A stretch of DNA of 51,236 nt, taken from assembly GCA_030611585.1 (NCBI GenBank), contig JAUWPM010000003.1, positions 1-51,236 on the forward strand, in the 5' to 3' direction. The notes under the pieces were generated by a model, which made no database searches, had not been told where the DNA came from, and saw nothing but the letters and a program-made list of their open reading frames with translations. The stretch is from Methanosarcinales archaeon. GTDB lineage: Archaea > Halobacteriota > Syntropharchaeia > Alkanophagales > Methanospirareceae. This document shows positions 28,585 through 38,023 of this stretch, piece after piece (position 1 is the stretch's first letter; each line of letters begins with the position of its first letter). A program made the translations under genes and the position numbers.

Positions 28585-29847
28585 TCATTCCTTCCTGTTC
28601 CCCACTTCCCTTATCACTTCCTCGTATATTCCAATTGTGTATTCCGCGATTTTATCCCAGGTGAAATACTTTTTCACACGTCTTCTACCTCTTTTTCCCA
28701 TTTCTCTTGCGGCGTCCATATCCCCCAGCAGAGAATTTATCCCCCATGCTATATCCGCGGAATTGTTGCCATCAACGTGAACGCCTGTCTGATCATGTCC
28801 TAAAGGAATAACAAAATCGCGGAATCCACTGATGCCTCCGGCGCCAACCACAGCAGGCTTCTCCATTGCCATCGCTTCCAGTGCAATAATGCCAAAAGGC
28901 TCGTACACGGAAGGGGCGACAAATATATCGCAGGCACTATAATGCAATATCCTTTCCTCTTCAGATACGAACTCAAATCTTGTCTTCACTTTATCCCCCA
29001 TGCCCAATCTATTTATCAGGTCGGAAACCGTTCGCTCTAACTCTCCTTTTCCAAGAATCACCAGTTTAGCCTCAGGATGCTTGCTTATAATAGTAGGCAT
29101 TGCTTTCACCAGATTTATTACGCCTTTTACACCTGTTAATCTGCCCACGAACAGAATCATCTTCTCTTCCGGTCCTATCCCATACTCATCGCGCAATTCT
29201 TGCACCTCCTCTCGATTTAGTCTGTTCTGGTCATACTTATCCAGATAGACGCCATTCCAACAGACTCTTATCTTCGCGGTGTCGAAGCCATGCCTTATCA
29301 GGTCCTCTTCCATCGGATAACTTACCGTTATTATCCTGTCTGCGGCATTGGCTGCGGTTTCCTCAATATGTGTCACCGTCTTTGAACCGCCATCGAGTGA
29401 ACGACCCCATTCGGTGGAATGGAGATGAAAAACAAAGGGCAAACCTGTCTCCTGCTTTACCATTATCCCCGCCATCGCACTCAGCCAGTCATGTGCACAG
29501 ATTATATCGAAGTTATAGCCTTCCTTCTTTATGAGTTCGTTCACGAGCTTCGCAGCACTCAGCACATTGTAAACAAGTATATCATTGAAGAATTTTATTC
29601 CTGTGCTCCATCTTTTCAGGTCTTCCGTCAGGAACAACGGAAGTATATTGCTGCCGTCTACGAGCATCGGTCTATTAACGTCAATGCCTTTTGATCTCTC
29701 TCTCGTTTTTAGCGTTCCGTCGTTCATCGTAAATACAGATATGTCATGCCCTAATTCCTGTATCGCCGGGCAAATATTCTCTGCGTAAGTTCCCAAGCCG
29801 CCGATTATTCTCGGGGGATATTCCCAAACGAAATAACCTATTCTCAT
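28585..29847 (-). CDS. Glycosyltransferase family 4 (glycogen synthase-like)
   Basis: WEYPPRIIGGLG, AHDW, HSTEWGR, PSVYEPFGIIALEAMA, FTWDKIA. Confidence 0.93.
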   Translation of the reverse strand: MRIGYFVWEYPPRIIGGLGTYAENICPAIQELGHDISVFTMNDGTLKTRERSKGIDVNRPMLVDGSNILPLFLTEDLKRWSTGIKFFNDILVYNVLSAAKLVNELIKKEGYNFDIICAHDWLSAMAGIMVKQETGLPFVFHLHSTEWGRSLDGGSKTVTHIEETAANAADRIITVSYPMEEDLIRHGFDTAKIRVCWNGVYLDKYDQNRLNREEVQELRDEYGIGPEEKMILFVGRLTGVKGVINLVKAMPTIISKHPEAKLVILGKGELERTVSDLINRLGMGDKVKTRFEFVSEEERILHYSACDIFVAPSVYEPFGIIALEAMAMEKPAVVGAGGISGFRDFVIPLGHDQTGVHVDGNNSADIAWGINSLLGDMDAAREMGKRGRRRVKKYFTWDKIAEYTIGIYEEVIREVGNRKE

Positions 29848-29945
29848 GTTTATCAGTTTTGCCTTTTGGATATATATATATACGTTTTATCTTGCCTCGC
29901 ATCCACAGAATGATTTATATTCCAATCATTAAAAGAGAAAGCAAA

Positions 29946-30974
29946 ATGAAATACGAAATAACAGAACTCGACAAGCTCGTTGAGCAACTTTCAAGCGATG
30001 TCAGGGAGTTGTTCAAACGCTTTTATTCGTTTGATATTTCCACAGGCACTTTGAAGGTTCCGGAAGAGATGGAGGACTGGGTGAAAAAGCGGTTTGGCTC
30101 TGTTGAGCGAGTCGAAAATCAGCGAATAGTGTCTATAAAGAACAAGTTTACCGGTGAACACAGCCTATTTAACAAGTTAAGGCTTGATAGACCAGTGGAC
30201 GCGAAATCAGCGATTGCGTTGGAAGAGCTGAAAGGGAAGGGGGAATGTCTTTTTTGCAATCCCGAAAAGCAAACACCCACAGACGTTTTTGGCAGAGTGA
30301 AGGGAAAGAATTGTATCACGGCAAGCAATATAGCAAAGTATGATTCTTTCCACAGCTTGATAATTTTCAATGAACATAACCCTTTGACGATAAAGGGTGA
30401 ATGGATAGAGGATTACTTAAGAACCGCCGAGCGCTGGTTTGAAGAGGTATGCAAATCAGAGGAGAAGGAACTGCAGAAGTTTTTCATGTGGAACTGTCTC
30501 TGGAGGAGTGGAGCTTCGATTATTCACGGTCATATACAATTGACTGCTTCGCGGATGAGGTATGGTAAATTGGAAGTTTTAGAAAAAGCTATGGCGGAGT
30601 ATGAAAAAGAATTCAAATCTGATTATATTGATGATTTATATAATGTTCATAAGACTTTGGGGCTTGCAAAAGAGAATAAAGGAGAACGAATATTGTTTTA
30701 TTTGACGCCGATAAAAGAGAAAGAGATTATTGTTGTCAGCAAGGCGAGAAGAAGCGATGGAATGGCGGATACGATTTATGAATTATTGAAGAGTTATCTC
30801 GATATGGGTGTGCAGTCTTTCAATCTCGCTATCTTTCAGTTGGGGAATTATCATATCGCCAGGCTTGTGGATAGAGGTTCTTTAACTGATAAAAATTCAG
30901 ATATAGGAGCCATGGAACTTTATGCAGCTTCTGTTATCTCTTCGGATCCTTTCAAGTTAGCACAGGCTATTTAA
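29946..30974 (+). CDS. GalT-like HIT-superfamily nucleotidyltransferase/NDP-sugar phosphorylase
   Basis: CLFC zinc site and GASIIHGHIQ (HxHxQ) motif; ATG 29946 preferred over the upstream TTG. Confidence 0.75.
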   Translation: MKYEITELDKLVEQLSSDVRELFKRFYSFDISTGTLKVPEEMEDWVKKRFGSVERVENQRIVSIKNKFTGEHSLFNKLRLDRPVDAKSAIALEELKGKGECLFCNPEKQTPTDVFGRVKGKNCITASNIAKYDSFHSLIIFNEHNPLTIKGEWIEDYLRTAERWFEEVCKSEEKELQKFFMWNCLWRSGASIIHGHIQLTASRMRYGKLEVLEKAMAEYEKEFKSDYIDDLYNVHKTLGLAKENKGERILFYLTPIKEKEIIVVSKARRSDGMADTIYELLKSYLDMGVQSFNLAIFQLGNYHIARLVDRGSLTDKNSDIGAMELYAASVISSDPFKLAQAI

Positions 30975-30983
30975 TCGAACTTT

Positions 30984-31241
30984 TCAAGGTGAACGCCCAA
31001 CGCCCGCATTGCAGAAAACCATTATTTTATACCTGTCTATATGGTCTCTAATCCATTCTACTGCTTCTTTCATCTGTTCTGAAGGTATGGGTTGCATATC
31101 AACGATGGGAACTTTTTGATAAAGGCGGTTTGTTTCAATATCCTTCTCCTTCGCCACATTTAATAGCGCTGTGATCTCAGAAGGTGGTTTTAACGCATCT
31201 TCATGACTACCAATAGCCAGGTTGTGTAGGATGAATTTCAT
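30984..31241 (-). pseudogene. C-terminally truncated dual-specificity phosphatase
   Basis: LAIGS, LLNVA, PIVD, VFCNAGVGRSP then stop. The CX5R motif is intact but the following helices are missing. ATGA-coupled to the debranching enzyme. Confidence 0.75.
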
Positions 31242-33319
31242 ATTCCTGCCTCCAAAAAAGGGTCCACCCACTGCGACCAGAACTGAACCGGGTTCTTAAC
31301 CGGCGTCATTTCTCCATTATCCGGGCTGAACAGCTCGCTATTGTAAAACACAAAGCCTTCGTTCATTTGATGCTCTAAATTACTCCTCAGTAACCCTTCC
31401 ACCGTTTCTTTTTCAATTTCTCCCGCGGCTCGCAGAATTCTTATCAGATAAGGCGTATCTCTCGGCCAGACCACCGCCTCATGGTATTCCTCATCGCCGT
31501 AATATATCCTTTTCGGGGACTTCTTTACCAATATCCCAAATGGTAAGCCATTCTTTTCCACCAGCAAATTCTTCTTCACTCCTTTGATGAAATCCTTCAA
31601 CTCGTGGTGAGAAAAGACATTTTCATCCAGCAGCAAAGAGAATGCGATTACAGCGGGTGAACCGAGCGTCTTATCCTTTTTACCATCCATCGTTACGATA
31701 TTGTATAAAATATTCTCTTCAGCATCCCAGAATACTTTTTTGAAGTTTCTAATCGCTTTTTCTAATAATGTGGAGAACCCCTCCTCCTTGTTCTTCTTTT
31801 CAGGGTTAAAAGAAGACATGTTTACACATGACCTCAGCATTTTTATCCACTGCGCATTTATCTCAGGCAAGAAATACTTCGGCTTGTTCAGCTCGTCTTC
31901 GTCTCGTGCATCACACCAGGAATCAGGGATTCTTACCGAAACTTTCACTTTTTTCCCTTTTGTTTCCACGTCTCGCTTCGTATCGGTCCACGAATGCCAG
32001 GGAACAACCGATAACAAACCGTTTTCGCGCAGAACCGGCGCGCCATTTATTTTATTCAAATCATTTCTCAAAAAACGAGAGATGGTGAACTCAGCCCTTT
32101 CTAAAATCGCGTCTGTAAAACCTTCGTCCTTTTTACGCTTGAAAAACTCACCCGCGGCGATAAATGCCAGCATGGTTGCATCTGCATTGTTATAATCTAA
32201 TTCCTCGCCCTTCCTCTCCGGGAATCTATTTGGTATCCTTCCGTACTCATCCTGAAAATCGAAGGAGCGTAGTATTATTTCCTGTATCCTTTCGGCATGC
32301 CCAATGCGAAGTAAAGTCTCGATGTTGTTTATAATCCCTTCAAACATGTCTCTGAACCAGGGTGTTCGAAACCAGAAATCTCCGGCTTCATAGAAGAATT
32401 TTTTGTCAACATACATTCCAAATTTGGAAAGCCCGAGTGCTCTGAACGCAATTTCTTGTTTAGTCCCCCGAATTAATTCGGGGGTCTCAATTCCGAGCGA
32501 TTTCACTATTTCTTCCGCTCTCTTTTCTTCTTCACTCTCATCTTTCAACCAATTTTTCCCTTTTTCATTCAGCCACTCGAGTTGTGCTTCTGAATTGCCG
32601 CACGATATCACGAGCAGAGCTGTTGATGTATTCTCCATGGGAATCTCCAGCTCACCTACCGATACGGGATTCCTCATTTCTCCTTTGAAAACCACACCGC
32701 TCTCTGTTTCTTCTCTGAATCCCAAGCCGAGTTTATACCACCATTCAATTTTCTTCTTCTGTGTTCTAACATCGCATTCGTTTACCGTTCTAATCGAGAT
32801 GCATTTCTCATCTCTCCAGATAAGCATACCATCGTTTAGAGTCTTGCAAGAGTGTCTTTTAGGGGCGGACCCTTCGTACATGTGCCTTATATCAACTATC
32901 GGCTCGATTACAACTGAAGATGCGTTACTTTCAAGCGAAACGCAAGCAGTGATGCCGTTTTGCATTGCTCCACTATTCATCAAATAGTAACTGGTCGTGA
33001 GTTTTAAGCGCTCTGCTTCATTTTCGTAATAGTAATTCATCCTCCATGGCGAAACGTTTACGTTCTTTGCAGAAAGCTCAACATATTCTCCCTCCTTCTT
33101 AACGCCCACTGCTATCCCGTCAAGGAAATGGAAATTCTCTCCTTCTATCAACACGGATAAACCTTCATAGGGGTAATCTCGGTTAGGTATAATTTTGTTT
33201 CCAAGAGGAACAGAGAAAACCGACTGAGACCACGAAGCCCGGGGTCTTTTTATAATGGCATGCCGAGTTCGTGCAGGATTTTGGCTCTCTACCGGAAGGA
33301 GATCAATGCTTAAGTTCAT
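31238..33319 (-). CDS. Amylo-alpha-1,6-glucosidase / glycogen debranching enzyme-like protein
   Basis: AGDFWF..WFRD, GRIPNRFP, YNNADATM, SWTD, EINAQW, YHEAVVWP, NPVQFWS. Confidence 0.85.
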   Translation of the reverse strand: MNLSIDLLPVESQNPARTRHAIIKRPRASWSQSVFSVPLGNKIIPNRDYPYEGLSVLIEGENFHFLDGIAVGVKKEGEYVELSAKNVNVSPWRMNYYYENEAERLKLTTSYYLMNSGAMQNGITACVSLESNASSVVIEPIVDIRHMYEGSAPKRHSCKTLNDGMLIWRDEKCISIRTVNECDVRTQKKKIEWWYKLGLGFREETESGVVFKGEMRNPVSVGELEIPMENTSTALLVISCGNSEAQLEWLNEKGKNWLKDESEEEKRAEEIVKSLGIETPELIRGTKQEIAFRALGLSKFGMYVDKKFFYEAGDFWFRTPWFRDMFEGIINNIETLLRIGHAERIQEIILRSFDFQDEYGRIPNRFPERKGEELDYNNADATMLAFIAAGEFFKRKKDEGFTDAILERAEFTISRFLRNDLNKINGAPVLRENGLLSVVPWHSWTDTKRDVETKGKKVKVSVRIPDSWCDARDEDELNKPKYFLPEINAQWIKMLRSCVNMSSFNPEKKNKEEGFSTLLEKAIRNFKKVFWDAEENILYNIVTMDGKKDKTLGSPAVIAFSLLLDENVFSHHELKDFIKGVKKNLLVEKNGLPFGILVKKSPKRIYYGDEEYHEAVVWPRDTPYLIRILRAAGEIEKETVEGLLRSNLEHQMNEGFVFYNSELFSPDNGEMTPVKNPVQFWSQWVDPFLEAGI

Positions 33320-34427
33320 GCTTTACAAAAAGCTTTCCTTTTTCTAAATAATAGTTCGAGATAGCATACATAGCATGAGCCCAAACGAGCGGACAAACGG
33401 ATTTTTGCAACTCGTTTTCAAATATCTGCTCAGGAATGTACGGGCTCTCTAGTCGGTTCAAAACCCATTCGTGGTATCTCCCTGCCTTTTCCTGTTCCCC
33501 TCTCATTGAGTAATAAATAGCCATCCAGAAATTTAGCAGAGGCCATGCACCCGCCCCCTTGCGTCTCAACTTGCCATCTTGCGTCCACCCGTCATAAAAA
33601 TCTTTCTCGTATCGACGAACACCACCATATTCTACTATCTTCTTTTCCATTGCGTTTACCGTATTCACCATTCGCTGCTCGTCTGATTTGCATACTTCAA
33701 ACGGATATACCAACCCAAGTAAGGAAGCATCAACAGTATAGTCACTTATCTTACCAAATGTCCTCAAGAAATACCCTCTTTTCGTATCATAACCTTTAAT
33801 AATCATCGCTTCCATTTCTTTTGCACATCTCAGCCATCTCTTATTTTCGCTCCGGTTTTTTATTTCTACCATCGCGTCTGCGCATCTAAGCCCTCTCACA
33901 CAAGCAGCCAGGGAATATAGATGATTATCTTCAAGGTCGGGAAACGTGCATCGCTCTTCCCAAAGGTCGTATGTTTGCACGGCAAAATGATCCCTATGCC
34001 AAAATTTACAGATTCCATCCGCAGCTTTCACTATTAATTCTTTGAACTCAATAGCATCCTCTATTCTTTGTTGATAGGAGTAGTGGTGCCAGACAGCCCA
34101 TAATAATGTTCCCGTTTGGTCTGGCTGGAATTGTACGCCAGCTTTCGCTCCGTTTGTATGATACCTCTGATAGAAAACACCATCCCGGTCAAACCCTTCA
34201 GCCCTTGCCAAACACCACTGGAAAAAACTAGTCTGGATTTTAATGTCCAGGATGTCAGCCGCTACACAGGCAAATGAGGCATCTCTCACCCAGACGTAGC
34301 GATAAGGCGAAACATCTTTAGGATAATATCTCTTATCTGTATTAGCAGCAACTATCGTGCCGTTTTCCACCGCAGCATCTTTAATTATTCTTTTCGTGCT
34401 TTCTATTAAGTCTTCTTTTTTGATCAT
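33303..34427 (-). CDS. GH15 glucoamylase-like protein
   Basis: YVWVRD, QPDQTG, DLWEER, DASLLGL, RRYEKDFY, IPEQ, PLVWAHA. Confidence 0.92.
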   Translation of the reverse strand: MIKKEDLIESTKRIIKDAAVENGTIVAANTDKRYYPKDVSPYRYVWVRDASFACVAADILDIKIQTSFFQWCLARAEGFDRDGVFYQRYHTNGAKAGVQFQPDQTGTLLWAVWHHYSYQQRIEDAIEFKELIVKAADGICKFWHRDHFAVQTYDLWEERCTFPDLEDNHLYSLAACVRGLRCADAMVEIKNRSENKRWLRCAKEMEAMIIKGYDTKRGYFLRTFGKISDYTVDASLLGLVYPFEVCKSDEQRMVNTVNAMEKKIVEYGGVRRYEKDFYDGWTQDGKLRRKGAGAWPLLNFWMAIYYSMRGEQEKAGRYHEWVLNRLESPYIPEQIFENELQKSVCPLVWAHAMYAISNYYLEKGKLFVKHELKH

Positions 34428-34465
34428 TTTCGCTTGATGGGACTAAAACGTGAATTGAAAACATT

Positions 34466-34597
34466 TTAGAATAACCTCCTCTGTTCAGCAATGAGCGGGT
34501 TTTTTTCATCAGACCAAATATCCCTCAGATTTGGTGTATGCCCATAATAGTCATAATATTTCATAATATCATCTGCTGATCTAAAATGATTTTTCAC
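34466..34597 (-). CDS. Possible small protein (43 aa)
   Basis: The GTG start overlaps the GH57 stop (GTGA) and the ORF fills the gap: (M)KNHFRSADDIMKYYDYYGHTPNLRDIWSDEKNPLIAEQRRLF. Confidence 0.3.
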   Translation of the reverse strand: MKNHFRSADDIMKYYDYYGHTPNLRDIWSDEKNPLIAEQRRLF

Positions 34598-35784
34598 CCA
34601 TTGTTGTTACCTTTATTTTCTTTAATATTAATCCTTTTCATTAACCTCTTAGCTTCTTTCGTATCCTCATACACTCTACGAACCCAAGAGTCTCCCCAGA
34701 AGAAGTTACAACTAGTTTCCGCTCTCAATATTCGCTCCTCTATGTTATCCTGCAAATCTTCTCCCAGCTTCCGAGATTTTTTCAACTCATGGAATCTTTT
34801 GCTGACACTCCAAATCTCTTCTAAACCTTTCTTTTGTGTCTCTGAGCCCTGCCATTGGCTGAAATCATATCCACTCGTGTTGGCTACGTTCCATGCACCA
34901 GTTTGAACATGGACACAGCTTTCCGGCGGATTTTCTTTTATATACTCGCTTATCGTAATGGGCTTTATGTCAGTCGTACCACTTCTCACTTTCTCCATGT
35001 AAGGAGCGAAGAAATACCCCCAGAAACCTGATTCCTCATGCATCTGCCTGAACCACCCGCCATTCTCGCCGTCAGACCATGTTGTAACAAGGCAATTTCC
35101 TTCGCATTTCTCTGTTTTATGCATGACCTCTTTCTCAAACCATTCGGGATTAAATCCACTCTCCTGGGCGTTACTGATGTCCCTGTCCCGGGGAATTACG
35201 ATTATCTCTGAGCCTTCATATGCCGCTATATGGGGTTTGTAGGTTATCTCCTCTCTCTTCAAATCACCTTTAAGTGGTTTGACGTGAACGCTGTCAACAA
35301 CCACGTAATCGAAACCTGTCTTCTGAAGCACAGGAATCATCTCCATAGAAAAGCCCATCTCCGGGGGCCAGAAGCCTTTCGCATGAAATCCGAGTTTTTT
35401 CGCTTGCTGCTTCCATCTTTTTATCTGTGGCTCCCAATCTTCCATAGGAATCAAAGGGAAAAGAGGATGATAGTAGCCCATTCCAAGGAATTCTATTCCT
35501 TTCACCCCTGGATATTCAAACAACATCCTTCTCAGGTCAATCGTCTTGGAAAACGCTTTTACGAGGTTTTCATTCATAAGCTGATCCAGTAATATCCCGG
35601 AAAATCCGAGATGCACCTTTGCAATACCCTCATACCGTTTCACATACCTCAACGGACGTTCATAGCATAACATGATCTGCTTCGCTTCCCATTCGTTTTC
35701 CCTGAGCAGTGATTCAATATTCCCTGGAGGCTGGTGCATGTGCAAGCCTAAGGCATGATATATATTTGCGTGCATAATCATCAT
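34594..35784 (-). CDS. GH57 family glycoside hydrolase (short form)
   Basis: LHMHQP, GYYHPLFPL, GFWPPEMG (nucleophile), WSDGENGGW (acid/base), AETSCNFFWG. Confidence 0.9.
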   Translation of the reverse strand: MMIMHANIYHALGLHMHQPPGNIESLLRENEWEAKQIMLCYERPLRYVKRYEGIAKVHLGFSGILLDQLMNENLVKAFSKTIDLRRMLFEYPGVKGIEFLGMGYYHPLFPLIPMEDWEPQIKRWKQQAKKLGFHAKGFWPPEMGFSMEMIPVLQKTGFDYVVVDSVHVKPLKGDLKREEITYKPHIAAYEGSEIIVIPRDRDISNAQESGFNPEWFEKEVMHKTEKCEGNCLVTTWSDGENGGWFRQMHEESGFWGYFFAPYMEKVRSGTTDIKPITISEYIKENPPESCVHVQTGAWNVANTSGYDFSQWQGSETQKKGLEEIWSVSKRFHELKKSRKLGEDLQDNIEERILRAETSCNFFWGDSWVRRVYEDTKEAKRLMKRINIKENKGNNNG

Positions 35785-36279
35785 ATGTACAATAGAATCG
35801 AATTAAGTTTTTTTTGCTGCGGACTCATACCCAGGAGCAGTAGCCATGACTGCCCCATTTTATCATCCATTATCGCCATTTCTCATCGTCACCTCGCTTT
35901 TATAACCTAAGAATAGTTGTACGTGCTGCAATAAAAGCTTTTCGGTTTTATTTCGTTTGGAATCGAAACTCATAAATTTTTAGGATGTGTTTTCACAATT
36001 CGTGCTAGATATGGCTATAAAGTGCTGAAGTGGTGAGAAGAAGAATTGCTTTTTATATCTGTGCACGAAATATTATCTGTCGCTGGGTAATGGTTGGACA
36101 GCCTCTTGACAAAGGAAAATGCTGCTGGAAGCAAAAGATGCCGAAGAGTTGGCGAGAAGGGGTGCGAGGGTGTGGTAATGAGATGAGGATAAAAAAAATT
36201 GGAGCTATCCCTCCTTTTTTACCATTGAAAATAGATTTCTTTTAATCTGTCAAACAAAGGCTTACCCTCAATTCCGCCT

Positions 36280-36682
36280 TCAAACTTTCAATATCTGACT
36301 TCGTTTGATCTGCTCGGTTTTATCCAGAATACGCTCGTCTTCGCCTATCGTTCTGTGAATCTCATTTATCCTGCTTTGGATTCGTTCTTTCAAATGCAAA
36401 TGCTTTTCAAGTTTCTTCTATAGTAAGAAATTATGAACATAGACGGTATCGGCTAAAGCGCCTATTCTGTCCAATCGTCCAATTCGCTGGATCAATCGCA
36501 CGGGATTCCAGTGCAGATCGTAATTGATAACGATAAAAGCATCTTGAAGATTTCCAACAGTTCTTCTAAAGGCAAAAATACTACTTTCAAGCCTTTTAAA
36601 GACTGAAACTTTCATCAAGCCCGCAAATTTTTGCCTATCTGTGCTAACTCATTGTACGGCTTTTTGCTCTTAAAGTCATCAT
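36280..36682 (-). pseudogene. Decayed SNF2-family helicase fragment
   Basis: KPYNEL..GKNLR (frameshift) [15 protein letters not shown] is joined directly to [28 protein letters not shown]; after an in-frame TAG it continues KKLEKHLHLKERIQSRINEIHRTIGED. Confidence 0.85.
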
Positions 36683-36694
36683 TAATTTATCCCC

Positions 36695-36724
36695 CTGACG
36701 ATAATCTGACGATAATCTGACGAT
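36695..36724. repeat. 11-bp tandem repeat (CTGACGATAAT x2.7)
   Basis: CTGACGATAAT CTGACGATAAT CTGACGAT just past the fic stop codon. Confidence 0.85.
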
Positions 36725-36732
36725 TCGTTACT

Positions 36733-37770
36733 TTACGAGAGTTCATAATATATCGCCCGCCCCTTACCTATCCTTTTCACCAATGTATTTTCCAACAGTG
36801 GTTTGAGATCGCGGTTTGCCGTGTCTCTACTAATATCGAACATTTTCTGTATCTCGCCGATAGTAATTCTTGGATTGGTCTGAAGATACTTGAGAATCTT
36901 CATCTGCCTATCGTTCAGGTATATTTGTCCTCTTTGCTCTTTGATACGGCGATCTACACTCAGGTCTAAGATAGCTTGTTTAACCCGTCCCATACTTACT
37001 GCAACGCCTTCGGTAAAGTACTCCAGCCATTGTGTGATATTTATTGTTTGCGGGTCAACGGTTTGCAGCGCTGCGTAGTATCTGCCGCGGTCTTCATTAT
37101 AATAATCGTCCAACGCGAAGAAGCGTTTCGTGTCAAAACCTCTAAGGTATAGAATCAAGGTTGCCAGTGCCCGTGCAGTTCTCCCGTTACCATCTACAAA
37201 GGGATGTATCCGAACGAATTCGTAGTGCGCAATCCCGCTTGCTAAAGCGGGATATGATTCTTTTGCTTCTTTACCGTTTAGCCATGCAAAAAAGCCATTC
37301 ATTAATGAAGGAACTTGCGATGCGTCTGGAGGTTGAAAGGTAACCCTTCCCAGACCGTTAACCACAGCAACCTGCACGGTTCGATAGTGCCCGGCTTCAG
37401 AATCCGGAAGAATCCCGTGGGTATTGAGCCGGTGTATTTCGAGGATTATTTCCTCAGTAATCTTATCAACACCTTTTTCTCCTAAGTTATCTATGTATTC
37501 CAGAACCTTCACGTAGCCGAGGACTTCTTTTTTGTCTTTCTCCCATGCCGCTATATCTTCGCCCTTAAGCAGTCTATTAACCTCGTCCATTGTGAGCTTA
37601 TTTCCTTCGATACTCGTGGAATGGTGAGCCATCTTGAGAATTGCTTCTTTTCTCAATTTTACTTCCCACTTAGGGAGAAGCGGCGCGTTAAGTATGACCT
37701 CACGAGAAGCGGAGATCTCTGCTATGTGATTGATGATTCTGTTCGTAATGGTAAAATTTGGACGGTACAT
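36733..37770 (-). CDS. Fic family protein with C-terminal winged HTH
   Basis: HPFVDGNGRTAR active site; N-terminal inhibitory STSIEGN motif; C-terminal HTH (ISRDTANRDL..GKGRAIYY). Confidence 0.95.
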   Translation of the reverse strand: MYRPNFTITNRIINHIAEISASREVILNAPLLPKWEVKLRKEAILKMAHHSTSIEGNKLTMDEVNRLLKGEDIAAWEKDKKEVLGYVKVLEYIDNLGEKGVDKITEEIILEIHRLNTHGILPDSEAGHYRTVQVAVVNGLGRVTFQPPDASQVPSLMNGFFAWLNGKEAKESYPALASGIAHYEFVRIHPFVDGNGRTARALATLILYLRGFDTKRFFALDDYYNEDRGRYYAALQTVDPQTINITQWLEYFTEGVAVSMGRVKQAILDLSVDRRIKEQRGQIYLNDRQMKILKYLQTNPRITIGEIQKMFDISRDTANRDLKPLLENTLVKRIGKGRAIYYELS

Positions 37771-38023
37771 GTTAGATACTCCTTGCTTTTTCTAAACTAT
37801 CCATAAAGCGACTATACTCAAATAACATTGTGTTTTTTCCCTTTCCCCGAGCCTTCTATCTCAATAGCTAAAAGACACTCTGGATTATTGTAAACTACAC
37901 CAAATCTCAACCAATCTTCATTTTTCCCATTTCTCAGTCCATTATACATTATACATTATGCCTCTCGTCCAGTCCTCATCCTCTTTTTCATCTCACACCA
38001 CTACCCAAATCAACGACTAAAAA

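Noticed and set aside
30984-30986. TGA after the phosphatase motif as selenocysteine or read-through
   Set aside because: Read-through gives only KVRLNSLC then a stop, inside the convergent gene, with no DSP-like continuation.
35790-36245. Short ORFs, including 36030..36245 (+)
   Set aside because: Atypical composition and no motifs; likely non-coding or decayed.
36418-36420. In-frame TAG in the helicase as possible pyrrolysine
   Set aside because: The same relic has a frameshift and a large deletion, so simple decay (GAG to TAG) is more parsimonious.
37940-37960. CATTATA x3 microrepeat
   Set aside because: Too short and AT-rich to distinguish from chance or slippage.
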